DNA from: Paracoccus suum
Lineage (GTDB): Bacteria; Pseudomonadota; Alphaproteobacteria; Rhodobacterales; Rhodobacteraceae
NCBI RefSeq assembly: GCF_003324675.1
Contig: NZ_CP030918.1
Location: 1,170,001 to 1,202,000, forward strand
Length of the DNA stretch: 32,000 nucleotides
Direction: 5' to 3'
In this document: positions 24,352 through 32,000 of the stretch, piece by piece
Numbering within the stretch: position 1 is the stretch's first letter
How the letters are laid out: each line of letters starts with the position of its first letter
Notes under the pieces: model-generated
Seen by the model: the letters and a program-made list of their open reading frames with translations, nothing else
What the model was told of the DNA's origin: nothing
Database searches by the model: none
Position numbers and translations under genes: made by a program

Positions 24352-25128
24352 CTACAGGATCGCGTCCATCAGCCTGACGAGGGACAGGATCTCGTGCGAG
24401 CGCTGGTCGACGCGGACGATGGCATTGTCGACCACGTAATAGCCCCAGTTGTCGCGGGGCGGGGCCAGTCCGTAGCGGGCGTAGTCGGTGATCGGCAGGA
24501 ACCGGTCGCGGTCCCATTGGGTGCGCATGATCTTGTCGACCTGCCCGGGCGGGATGCAGGCCGGCTCTTTCTTCGCGAGGCCCGGCGGGCAGAATCGCTG
24601 GCTATCGGGACGATCGATGAACTCGCGCACGCGGTAGTCGCGGGGATCGGCAAGGACGATGCGATCGCCGACCCGGTAATAGGCCAGACCGTCCGAGCGC
24701 GCCGGAAGGTCGAACAGCCGCGGATCGGCGATCCGGCGATAGCGTGAGATGCCAAGGCTGTCGCCGACCACAATGCGGCCGTCGTCGGTCAGGCGGTCAA
24801 CTACCACCGGACCCTTGCCAGCCGCGGCCGCCGCGGCAGCCGCAGAACCGGCGGCAACCACCGGCACCGCCGCGCGATGGGGTCGGACCGCAGCCCGCTG
24901 CACCTGCGTGGGCTTGCCGTGTTCTTTGGCGCTGCTCTTGTTCGCCTTGTGTTTGCCATTGTCCTTATGACCGGCGCCCTTGCCCGGCCCTTGCTTGTGG
25001 CTCTGCTCGACAGAGCAATTGCCTTTCTTGGCCTGGCCCGGCGGGCATTTCGCCGCGGCCGGGGCGGCGATGCCCAGGGCAATCACGGCGGCGATGGCAC
25101 CGGCGAGGCGGTGGCTGGCAGTCATCAT
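24352..25128 (-). CDS. Exported RcnB-like repeat protein with Lys/His-rich and poly-Ala linker
   Basis: 258 aa. ATG at 25128 with GGGAGG 8 nt upstream. Signal peptide MMTASHRLAGAIAAVIALGIAAPAAA-K. The C-terminal segment LAPPRDNWGYYVVDNAIVRVDQRSHEILSLV resembles the RcnB/YohN motif (LPxP..W..v.g..vLv). A weaker earlier copy reads LAYYRVGDRIVLADPRDYRV. The family assignment is from memory. Confidence 0.55.
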   Translation of the reverse strand: MMTASHRLAGAIAAVIALGIAAPAAAKCPPGQAKKGNCSVEQSHKQGPGKGAGHKDNGKHKANKSSAKEHGKPTQVQRAAVRPHRAAVPVVAAGSAAAAAAAAGKGPVVVDRLTDDGRIVVGDSLGISRYRRIADPRLFDLPARSDGLAYYRVGDRIVLADPRDYRVREFIDRPDSQRFCPPGLAKKEPACIPPGQVDKIMRTQWDRDRFLPITDYARYGLAPPRDNWGYYVVDNAIVRVDQRSHEILSLVRLMDAIL

Positions 25129-25300
25129 GGCTGAGGCCTCCCGAGGGGAAATGGAATGACATTGAACGCCGGATCAGGTGGTTAGGTCGCGTGACGATTG
25201 CGTGAGGGTGCCGTCAGCGGCCCAAGGCCGCCGTATCTCGCCCGCGCCTCCCCGCGGCGCGCCCTTGCCCCGGCCAGCGGGCAGGCCTAGCTTCCGCGCC

Positions 25301-26215
25301 ATGAAAACGCTGCTCTACACCCACCCTTCGGCCGATGGCCATGTGACGCCCCCCGGCCATCCCGAACAGGTTGCGCGATTGACCTCGGTCCTGGCCGCGC
25401 TGGAGGGGTTGCCACTGGACCGGCGCAGCGCGCCCGTGGCGGAGGACGCGGACCTGCTGCGCTGTCACCCACAAAGCTATCTCGATCTGGTTGCAGCGAC
25501 GGTCCCGGCCGAGGGTTTCGCCGATCTCGACCCCGAAACCTCGGTCGCACCGGGCAGCCTGGTGGCCGCTCGGCATGCCGCGGGCGGCGCCTGCGCGGCC
25601 GTAGATGCCGTGCTGGCGGGCGAGGGGACGCGCGCCTTTGTCGCCATGCGCCCCCCCGGCCATCACGCCGAGGCCGCGCTGCCGATGGGTTTTTGCATCT
25701 TTGGCAATGTCGCTATCGCCGCCAAGCGGGCGCTGGACTATCACGGCCTTGAACGCGTCGCGGTGCTGGATTTTGACGTCCATCATGGCAACGGCACCCA
25801 AGCCCTGCTGTGGGACGAGCCGCGCGTGCGGTTCGTCAGCAGCCAGCAGATGCCGCTCTGGCCGGGAACGGGCGCGCCGTCGGAACAGGGCGCGCACGGC
25901 CAGATCGTGAACCTGCCGCTGCGCCCCGGCTCGGACGGGACCGCGGCGCGGGCCGCGTGGGCCAGCCCGTTGCAGCGCATGGCGGATTGGCGGCCGCAAC
26001 TGGTGCTGATTTCGGCCGGGTTCGACGCCCATGCGGATGACCCGCTGGCGGCGCTGGAATGGTCGGACGACGACTTTGCCGCGCTGACGCGCGCCATTTG
26101 TGCCGCCGCCGGGAAAGCGCCGATGGTGTCCTGCCTCGAGGGCGGCTATGACCTCGCCGCGCTGGGCCGCAGCGCCCGCGCCCATGTCGAGGCGCTGCAG
26201 GAGGAAACCGTATGA
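25301..26215 (+). CDS. Histone deacetylase-family protein (acetoin utilisation / acetylpolyamine amidohydrolase-like)
   Basis: 304 aa from the internal ATG 25301 (MKTLLYTHPS...). Class motifs RPPGHHA, DFDVHHGNGTQ and LEGGYD. The upstream track extension is Arg/Pro-rich. Confidence 0.85.
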   Translation: MKTLLYTHPSADGHVTPPGHPEQVARLTSVLAALEGLPLDRRSAPVAEDADLLRCHPQSYLDLVAATVPAEGFADLDPETSVAPGSLVAARHAAGGACAAVDAVLAGEGTRAFVAMRPPGHHAEAALPMGFCIFGNVAIAAKRALDYHGLERVAVLDFDVHHGNGTQALLWDEPRVRFVSSQQMPLWPGTGAPSEQGAHGQIVNLPLRPGSDGTAARAAWASPLQRMADWRPQLVLISAGFDAHADDPLAALEWSDDDFAALTRAICAAAGKAPMVSCLEGGYDLAALGRSARAHVEALQEETV

Positions 26216-26463
26216 CCGATGCCGCCGACGCCTCAGCCATTGCCGCGATGTCCTTCGAGGACGCGATGAAAGAGCTTGAGAGCGTGGTGAACCGCCTCGA
26301 GCATGGCGATGCGACCCTCGAAGACAGCATCGCCCTCTATGAACGGGGCGCAAAGCTGCGCGAGCATTGCGAATCGCGATTGAAAGCCGCCGAGGAGCGG
26401 GTCGAGCGCATCACACTCGCCAGCGGCAAGCCCACCGGCACGACCCCGGTCGAAGGGCTATGA
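26212..26463 (+). CDS. xseB: Exodeoxyribonuclease VII small subunit
   Basis: 83 aa with FEDAMKELESVVNRLEHGDATLEDSIALYERGAKL, typical of XseB. GGAGGAAACCGT-ATG, with an ATGA overlap on the deacetylase stop. Followed by ispA-dxs, as in many bacteria. Confidence 0.9.
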   Translation: MTDAADASAIAAMSFEDAMKELESVVNRLEHGDATLEDSIALYERGAKLREHCESRLKAAEERVERITLASGKPTGTTPVEGL

Positions 26464-27326
26464 TGGAAGCCCGATTCGAGGCGGTACGCGCCGCAGTCGG
26501 CGCGGCGCTGGACGGCTCGCTCGCCGCGCTGCCGGATGGCGATCTGACCGACGCGATGCGCTATGCCACGCTGGGCGGCAAGCGCGTGCGGGCCTTTCTG
26601 GTGATGGAGGGGGCGCGCCTTAACGGCGTTCCCGATCACGCGGCGCTGCCGGTCGCCGCAGCCGTCGAGGCGCTGCACGCCTACAGCCTCGTGCATGACG
26701 ATCTGCCATCGATGGACGACGACGACCTGCGTCGCGGCATGCCGACCTGCCACGTCCAGTGGTCAGAGGCGACCGCGATCCTTGCCGGCGACGCGCTGCA
26801 GGCGCTGGCCTTTGGCCTGCTGGCCGATCCCGCCATCGGCCCGCCCGAGGCCCGTATCCGCCTGCTGGCCGCCTTTGCCGACGCCGTGGGCGCCCAAGGC
26901 ATGGTCTGGGGTCAGGCGCTGGACATCGCCGCCGAAACCGCGGTCGAGGTGCCTGACCTCGCCGCCGTCAAGCGCATGCAGCAAGCCAAGACCGGCGCGC
27001 TGATCGGCTTTGCCGCGACAGCCGGCCCGATGATCGCCGGCGCCGATACCGCGCCGCTGGCTGAATACGCCCGCAACCTCGGCCTCGCCTTCCAGATCGC
27101 TGATGACCTGCTCGACGCCACCGGCGACGAGGAAACCACTGGCAAGCGCACGCGCAAGGACGAGGCCGCGGGCAAGGCGACATTCGTCTCGCTCCTCGGG
27201 GTGGACGGCGCGCGCGCCAAGGCCCATCTGCTGATTGACCGGGCCATCGCCGCGCTGGCCCCCTATGGCAGCGAGGCGGATGATCTGATCGCGCTCGCCC
27301 GCTTTGTCATCGAGCGTGACGCCTGA
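26460..27326 (+). CDS. ispA: Farnesyl/geranyl diphosphate synthase (polyprenyl synthetase)
   Basis: 288 aa from ATG 26460, which overlaps the xseB stop. First Asp-rich motif LVHDDLPSMDDDDLRRG and second motif FQIADDLLD. Confidence 0.9.
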   Translation: MMEARFEAVRAAVGAALDGSLAALPDGDLTDAMRYATLGGKRVRAFLVMEGARLNGVPDHAALPVAAAVEALHAYSLVHDDLPSMDDDDLRRGMPTCHVQWSEATAILAGDALQALAFGLLADPAIGPPEARIRLLAAFADAVGAQGMVWGQALDIAAETAVEVPDLAAVKRMQQAKTGALIGFAATAGPMIAGADTAPLAEYARNLGLAFQIADDLLDATGDEETTGKRTRKDEAAGKATFVSLLGVDGARAKAHLLIDRAIAALAPYGSEADDLIALARFVIERDA

Positions 27327-27371
27327 CGCGCGCCCCTAGCAGCAAAGGGGGTCACCCATGACCCGCCAGCC

Positions 27372-29291
27372 ATGACCGAGAGCATCACCCCCCCTGCGAC
27401 GCCGGTTCTGGATCGCGTCACCCTGCCGTCCGACCTCAAGTCGCTCTCCGACCGCGAGTTGCACCAACTCGCCGCCGAATTGCGGGCCGAGACGATCAGC
27501 GCGGTCAGCGTGACCGGCGGCCATCTGGGCGCGGGCCTCGGCGTGGTCGAGTTGACGGTGGCCCTGCATGCGGTGTTCGACGCGCCGCGCGACAAGATCA
27601 TCTGGGACGTGGGCCATCAGGCCTATCCGCACAAGATACTGACCGGCCGGCGCGACCGCATCCGCACCCTGCGCGCGGGCGGCGGCCTCAGCGGTTTCAC
27701 CAAGCGCAGCGAGTCGCCCTATGACGCCTTTGGCGCGGGCCATTCCAGCACCTCGATCAGCGCCGCCTTGGGTTTTGCCATGGCGCGCGAGCTTGGCGGC
27801 GATCCCGGGGATGCCGTCGCGGTGATCGGCGATGGCGCCATGTCGGCCGGTATGGCCTTCGAGGCGCTGAACCACGCCGGCGATCTGGGCAAGCGCCTGA
27901 TCGTGATCCTGAACGACAACGAGATGTCGATCGCGCCGCCTGTGGGCGCTCTGTCGCGCTATCTGACCCGCCTTTATGCCGGCGGCCCGTTCCAGGAGTT
28001 GAAGGGGCTTGCCAAGGGCGCCGTCGGCCTGCTGCCCGAGCCGCTGCAGGAGGGCGCGCGGCGGGCCAAGGATATGCTGAAGGGCATGACTGTCGGTGGC
28101 ACGCTGTTCGAGGAGTTGGGCTTTTCCTACATCGGCCCGGTCGACGGCCACGACCTGGACCAGCTCCTGCCGCTGCTGCGCACGGTCAAGGCGCGCGCCA
28201 CGGGCCCGGTGCTGATCCATGTCGTCACCCGCAAGGGCAAGGGCTATGCCCCGGCCGAGACCGCGGCCGACCGCGGCCATGCCACCGGCAAGTTCGACGT
28301 GCTGACCGGCGCCCAGGCCAAGGGCAAGTCGAATGCCCCCAGCTATACCTCGGTTTTTGCCAAGACCCTGATCGCCGAGGCCGAGCGCGACGACAAGATC
28401 GTCGCCGTCACCGCCGCGATGCCGGACGGGACGGGCCTCAAGGCTTTTGCGGATCGCTTTCCCAAGCGTTGCTTTGATGTCGGCATCGCCGAGCAGCATG
28501 CGGTGACCTTTTGTGCGGGCCTCGCCGCGGGCGGCATGCGGCCGTTCTGCACCATCTATTCGACCTTCCTGCAGCGCGGTTACGACCAGATCGTGCATGA
28601 TGTGGCGATCCAGCACCTGCCGGTGCGGTTTGCCATCGATCGCGCCGGGCTGGTGGGCGCTGACGGGGCGACCCATGCCGGCTCTTTCGACATCGGCTTT
28701 CTTGCCAGCCTGCCCGGTTTCGTGGTCATGGCCGCCGCCGACGAGGCGGAGCTGGCGCGCATGGTGGTCACCGCCGCACGCCACGATTCCGGCCCCATCG
28801 CCTTTCGCTTTCCGCGGGGCGAGGGAACCGGGGTCGAGATCCCGGCCGATCCACAGCCGCTTGAAATCGGTCGCGGCCGGATCGTCGCCGAGGGCAGCGG
28901 CGTTGCCATTCTCAGCTTCGGCACGCGCCTTTCGGAAGTCATGGCCGCGCGCGAGGCGCTGGTCGCGCGCGGTATCACCCCGACCGTTGCCGACGCCCGC
29001 TTTGCCAAGCCCCTCGACCGCGACCTGATCCTCGACCTGGTGGGCCGGCATGACGCTCTGCTGACCATCGAGGAAGGCGCAGTCGGCGGCTTCGGCAGCC
29101 ACGTCGCCCAACTGCTGGCCGATGCCGGCGTGTTTGACCGGGGCTATCGCTATCGATCTATGGTCTTGCCCGATGATTTCATCGAGCATGGCGATCCGGC
29201 GGCAATGTATGCCAGCGCCGCCATGAACGCCCCGCAGATCGAGGCGCGGGTGCTGGACCTGCTGGGCATCGCCGTCGCCCGACGCGCCTGA
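27372..29291 (+). CDS. dxs: 1-deoxy-D-xylulose-5-phosphate synthase
   Basis: 639 aa, with [44 protein letters not shown] and the ThDP motif [15 protein letters not shown]. Transketolase-like C-terminus. Confidence 0.95.
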   Translation: MTESITPPATPVLDRVTLPSDLKSLSDRELHQLAAELRAETISAVSVTGGHLGAGLGVVELTVALHAVFDAPRDKIIWDVGHQAYPHKILTGRRDRIRTLRAGGGLSGFTKRSESPYDAFGAGHSSTSISAALGFAMARELGGDPGDAVAVIGDGAMSAGMAFEALNHAGDLGKRLIVILNDNEMSIAPPVGALSRYLTRLYAGGPFQELKGLAKGAVGLLPEPLQEGARRAKDMLKGMTVGGTLFEELGFSYIGPVDGHDLDQLLPLLRTVKARATGPVLIHVVTRKGKGYAPAETAADRGHATGKFDVLTGAQAKGKSNAPSYTSVFAKTLIAEAERDDKIVAVTAAMPDGTGLKAFADRFPKRCFDVGIAEQHAVTFCAGLAAGGMRPFCTIYSTFLQRGYDQIVHDVAIQHLPVRFAIDRAGLVGADGATHAGSFDIGFLASLPGFVVMAAADEAELARMVVTAARHDSGPIAFRFPRGEGTGVEIPADPQPLEIGRGRIVAEGSGVAILSFGTRLSEVMAAREALVARGITPTVADARFAKPLDRDLILDLVGRHDALLTIEEGAVGGFGSHVAQLLADAGVFDRGYRYRSMVLPDDFIEHGDPAAMYASAAMNAPQIEARVLDLLGIAVARRA

Positions 29292-29416
29292 CGCCTCCTG
29301 CGCGCATTCGGCGCGGGGCCGCGGCGTCGGTTTGACCGGGCAGCGGTGGCGCATTTGCCGCGGCGGTGCTAAGCGCGCCCGCGAACGCTGCAAGGCGAGG
29401 CCCGAAAGGGAAATCC

Positions 29417-30130
29417 ATGTCGATCCATACCCATCCCCACGCGCATCCCCACGATCCGCATTACATCACTCGCACCGGCTGGCTGCGCGCCGCGGTGCTG
29501 GGCGCCAATGACGGCATTGTCTCGATCTCGGCCATGCTGGTTGGCGTCGCGTCGGCCGGCGCGGACACCCCGCATGTGCTGCTGGCGGGGATCGCCGGCC
29601 TGACCGCCGGGGCACTTTCGATGGCCTCGGGCGAATATGTCTCGGTCTCGAGCCAGGCGGATATCGAGCGCGCCGACATGAAGCGCGAGCGCCGCGCCCT
29701 GCGCCAGAACCCGCAGGTCGAGGAGGAGGAACTGCAGCGGATCTACGTCACCCGCGGCCTTCACCCCGACACTGCGGCCCAGGTCGCGCGCGAGTTGCAT
29801 GACCATGACGCCCTGGCTGCCCATATGCGCGACGAGTTGGGGCTGAGCGACGTTCACGCGGCCAATCCCCTGCAGGCCGCGCTCGCTTCGGGCGCGACCT
29901 TTACCGTCGCGGGCGCGGTGCCGCTGCTGGCGGCGGTGTTGGCCCCTGCGGGGGCGCAGACGCCGGTCGTGCTGGTCGTCACGCTGCTGGCGCTGGCGGT
30001 GCTGGGCGCCATCGGCGCACGGGCCGGCGGCGCGCCGATCTGGCCGGGTATTGCCCGGGTGACGGTCTGGGGCGCGGTGGCGATGGGGGTCACGGCGATG
30101 ATCGGCCGGCTGGTCGGCATCTCTGCCTGA
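29417..30130 (+). CDS. VIT1/CCC1-family iron/manganese transporter with His-rich N-terminus
   Basis: 237 aa from the internal ATG 29417, with AAAGGGA upstream. GANDGIVSISAMLVGVA and a C-terminal set of hydrophobic helices typical of the VIT family. The N-terminus is MSIHTHPHAHPHDPH. Confidence 0.82.
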   Translation: MSIHTHPHAHPHDPHYITRTGWLRAAVLGANDGIVSISAMLVGVASAGADTPHVLLAGIAGLTAGALSMASGEYVSVSSQADIERADMKRERRALRQNPQVEEEELQRIYVTRGLHPDTAAQVARELHDHDALAAHMRDELGLSDVHAANPLQAALASGATFTVAGAVPLLAAVLAPAGAQTPVVLVVTLLALAVLGAIGARAGGAPIWPGIARVTVWGAVAMGVTAMIGRLVGISA

Positions 30131-30186
30131 CCCACGACGCGCCGCGGCGGGTTGCGCCGGGCGGTCCAAGGCGGCAGGTTGCCGTC

Positions 30187-30789
30187 ATGCGTTTCCTCAT
30201 CCCCCTTCTCGCGGCTGTCGTGCCGACATTTGCAACCGCCGCGCCGGCAGCCTTTCCGGTTCTGGCCCGTGTCAGCGGGGTCGCCTCCGGCGACGTGTTG
30301 AACATTCGCGCCTTTCCCAAGGCCGATGCCTCGATCCTGGGCGAGCTTGCACCCGATGCCACAGGCGTCGAGCTGATGGCCGAGCGGGACGGCTGGTATC
30401 TGGTCAACACCGGCGAGCGGTCGGGATGGGCCAGCGGCCGCTATCTGACCCCGGGGCCGAACCCGTTTGCGAACGGCGCCGTCCCGGCAACCCTGCGCTG
30501 CCTCGGGACCGAGCCGTTCTGGTCGCTGACACGCGATGACAAGGCGCTGGTCCTGAGCACGCCCGAGGATCAGGCCGGCGCGCGCTTCGCGCTGCGCCAG
30601 ACCCTCGTTCCGCGCGGCGATGCGCCGGACCGGACTTTCCTGGCCGAGGGTCTGACCGCGATCATCACCCCCGCGCAGTGCAGCGACGGGATGAGCGATC
30701 GTGTCTATAGCCTCAGCGCAACGCTGATCCTGGGCGTGGCGCCGGATGCGGCGCAGCAATCTGGCTGCTGCACCATCGCCCCGCTCTAG
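30187..30789 (+). CDS. Exported SH3-domain protein with C-terminal Cys-containing (COG3650-like) domain
   Basis: 200 aa. Signal peptide MRFLIPLLAAVVPTFATA-AP. Bacterial SH3-like segment LNIRAFPKADASILGELAPDATGVELMAERDGWYLVNTGERSGWASGRYL, then CLGTEPFWSL...CSDGMSD. The family call is from memory. Confidence 0.6.
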   Translation: MRFLIPLLAAVVPTFATAAPAAFPVLARVSGVASGDVLNIRAFPKADASILGELAPDATGVELMAERDGWYLVNTGERSGWASGRYLTPGPNPFANGAVPATLRCLGTEPFWSLTRDDKALVLSTPEDQAGARFALRQTLVPRGDAPDRTFLAEGLTAIITPAQCSDGMSDRVYSLSATLILGVAPDAAQQSGCCTIAPL

Positions 30790-31661
30790 CCGCCGTTTCG
30801 CTTTTCGGCCGCGAGGATCGCGCGCAGGCCGCTCTGGTGATCGGGATAACGCGGTGCCCAGCCCAGGTCTGCCTTGATGCGCGCGTTCGAGACGCGCTTG
30901 CTCTCGCCGTAAAAGCTGCGGGCCATGGGCGACATCTCGGCCGTCTCGAAATCCTCGGCCGGGGGCAGCGGCAGGCCGGTCAGGGCCGCGGCATCTGCGA
31001 TGATGTCCTGCGGCGGGGCGGGGGTGTCGTCGCACAGGTTCCAGATCGCTCCCGGATGCGGCCGGTCCAGCGATGCGAGGATCGCGCCGGCGATATCATC
31101 TGCATGGATGCGGGAAAAAACCTGGCCTGGCTTGATGATCCGCCGGGCGGTGCCGTCGCGGAGCTTGTCGATGGGGCCGCGCCCGGGGCCGTAGATCCCG
31201 GCGAGGCGAAAGATCATCAGCGGCAGCTGCGCAGCGGCGGCGAGCGCCTGCCAGCCACGCTCGGCCGCCAGCCGCTCGGCCCCGCGACGGCTGGCCGGGG
31301 CAGGGGGCGTCGCCTCGTCCACCCAGGCGCCGCCGCTGTCGCCATAGACCGAGGTCGCCGACAGATAGCCTAGCCATGCGGGCCGCGCGGCGGCGATCTC
31401 TGGTCCCCAGGCATTCAGCACGGGATCGCCGTCCCCCGTCGGGCCGACGGCGATCAGGATCCCGTCTGCCGCCTTGATTGCGCAGGCGAGCGCCTCCTCC
31501 TCCGCCCCACTCCCCGGCCACAGGATCGGCCGGGCGCCGGCTGCGGCCACTGCGCCGGGCGCGTGGCGGGTGGTGCCGGTGACCTGCCAGCCCCGCCCGG
31601 TCAGTGCCGGTGTGATAAAACCGGCGCTGTAGCCGTGCCCTAAGATCAGGAAACTGGACAT
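30786..31661 (-). CDS. NAD(P)-binding SDR / epimerase-like oxidoreductase
   Basis: 291 aa from the internal ATG 31661 (MSSFLILGHGYSAGFITPAL, a Rossmann fold at the N-terminus). Also YLSATSVYGD and a RIHADDIAG-type layout. The track extension to 31943 is Arg-rich. Its stop overlaps the convergent stop at 30786-30789. Confidence 0.75.
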   Translation of the reverse strand: MSSFLILGHGYSAGFITPALTGRGWQVTGTTRHAPGAVAAAGARPILWPGSGAEEEALACAIKAADGILIAVGPTGDGDPVLNAWGPEIAAARPAWLGYLSATSVYGDSGGAWVDEATPPAPASRRGAERLAAERGWQALAAAAQLPLMIFRLAGIYGPGRGPIDKLRDGTARRIIKPGQVFSRIHADDIAGAILASLDRPHPGAIWNLCDDTPAPPQDIIADAAALTGLPLPPAEDFETAEMSPMARSFYGESKRVSNARIKADLGWAPRYPDHQSGLRAILAAEKRNGG

Positions 31662-31921
31662 GCCCCGGACATGCGGCACCGCGGCCTTCCTGCGCAAGGG
31701 CCCGCACAGCGGTTGCAGCCCGTTGAGCCAGCGATATTTGCCCGCGAGGCGCGGCCGCGCCCTTGCCAATACCGGCCGAGACCCTATCTTCGCGACCACC
31801 TCGGGGTGCTCACGCGAGCTGAGATGCGCATCTGCGCGAACCCGTCGAACCTGAACCGGCTCGCACCGGCGGAGGGAAGGTCGCGCTGTCCTTTTCCCCC
31901 GAAACCGAACCTGGAGGAAAG

Positions 31922-32000
31922 ATGGACATGCGATCCCTGACACTCACCCTGACCGCCTCGCTGCTCTCGGCCGCCGCCCCGGCCCTGGCGGCGGACAAGC
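31922..32000 (+). CDS. 5' end of a gene for an exported protein (truncated by the window edge)
   Basis: GGAGGAAAG precedes ATG 31922, and a second ATG lies at 31928. The translation MDMRSLTLTLTASLLSAAAPALA-ADK is a canonical signal peptide. The frame is open to the window end, and only 26 codons are visible. Confidence 0.4.
   Translation, partial: MDMRSLTLTLTASLLSAAAPALAADK

Noticed and set aside
29292-29416. A possible metal-responsive element (yybP-ykoY Mn riboswitch, Fur/Irr/RirA box) or dxs terminator upstream of the VIT gene.
   Set aside because: No conserved riboswitch core or recognisable box was seen. Only weak nested stems are present (GACGCC/GGCGTC and CGCGC/GCGCG) followed by GGTTTG, which is too weak to call.
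31822-31833. 12-bp perfect palindrome AGATGCGCATCT in the leader of the truncated exported-protein gene, and a NotI-containing palindrome GGCGCGGCCGCGCC further upstream.
   Set aside because: Six-bp-arm palindromes are expected many times by chance in 32 kb. No second copy or linked regulator gene is visible.
1-32000. A search for CRISPR repeats, IS ends, integrons, toxin-antitoxin pairs, or defence-system signatures (nucleases, helicases or methylases in an accessory context).
   Set aside because: No regularly spaced repeats, no transposase- or integrase-like ORFs and no small paired ORFs of TA type were seen. All large ORFs are accounted for by metabolic or housekeeping families.

Overview
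GC-rich, densely coding chromosomal window of alphaproteobacterial (Rhodobacteraceae, Paracoccus/Rhodobacter-like) character. I saw no rRNA, CRISPR array, transposase, integrase or phage genes. Content in order: (1) an exported choice-of-anchor-I/phytase-like phosphoesterase with a Pho-box-like repeat upstream. (2) A short lower-GC patch with an orphan ORF that has no ATG. (3) A complete taurine dissimilation locus, tauR divergent from tauABC-tauXY-xsc-tauZ-pta, all on the minus strand. (4) tRNA-Leu(CAG) with its own terminator. (5) An NDUFA9-like SDR gene and uppP. (6) A glutamate synthase operon in which gltD and gltB are separated by about 2.3 kb. That insert carries one apparently exported protein and three genes with four GFA/CENP-V-type Zn-Cys domains, all joined by ATGA start/stop overlaps. 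(7) An RcnB-like exported protein. (8) A deacetylase-family gene followed by xseB-ispA-dxs. (9) A VIT-family metal transporter, an SH3-domain exported protein, an SDR gene and the 5' end of another exported protein. Most of this is ordinary core metabolism. I found no convincing evidence for a defence or other wholly new system. The best candidate for unexplored biology is the GFA-domain insert inside the gltD-gltB operon. Smaller regulatory and structural oddities are a 14-bp perfect GC hairpin between xsc and tauZ, CTGGAC direct repeats at the tauA/tauR promoter, a 5-codon uORF coupled to dxs, and a low-complexity insertion in GltD. All product calls rest on by-eye motif and family recognition, not on searches.
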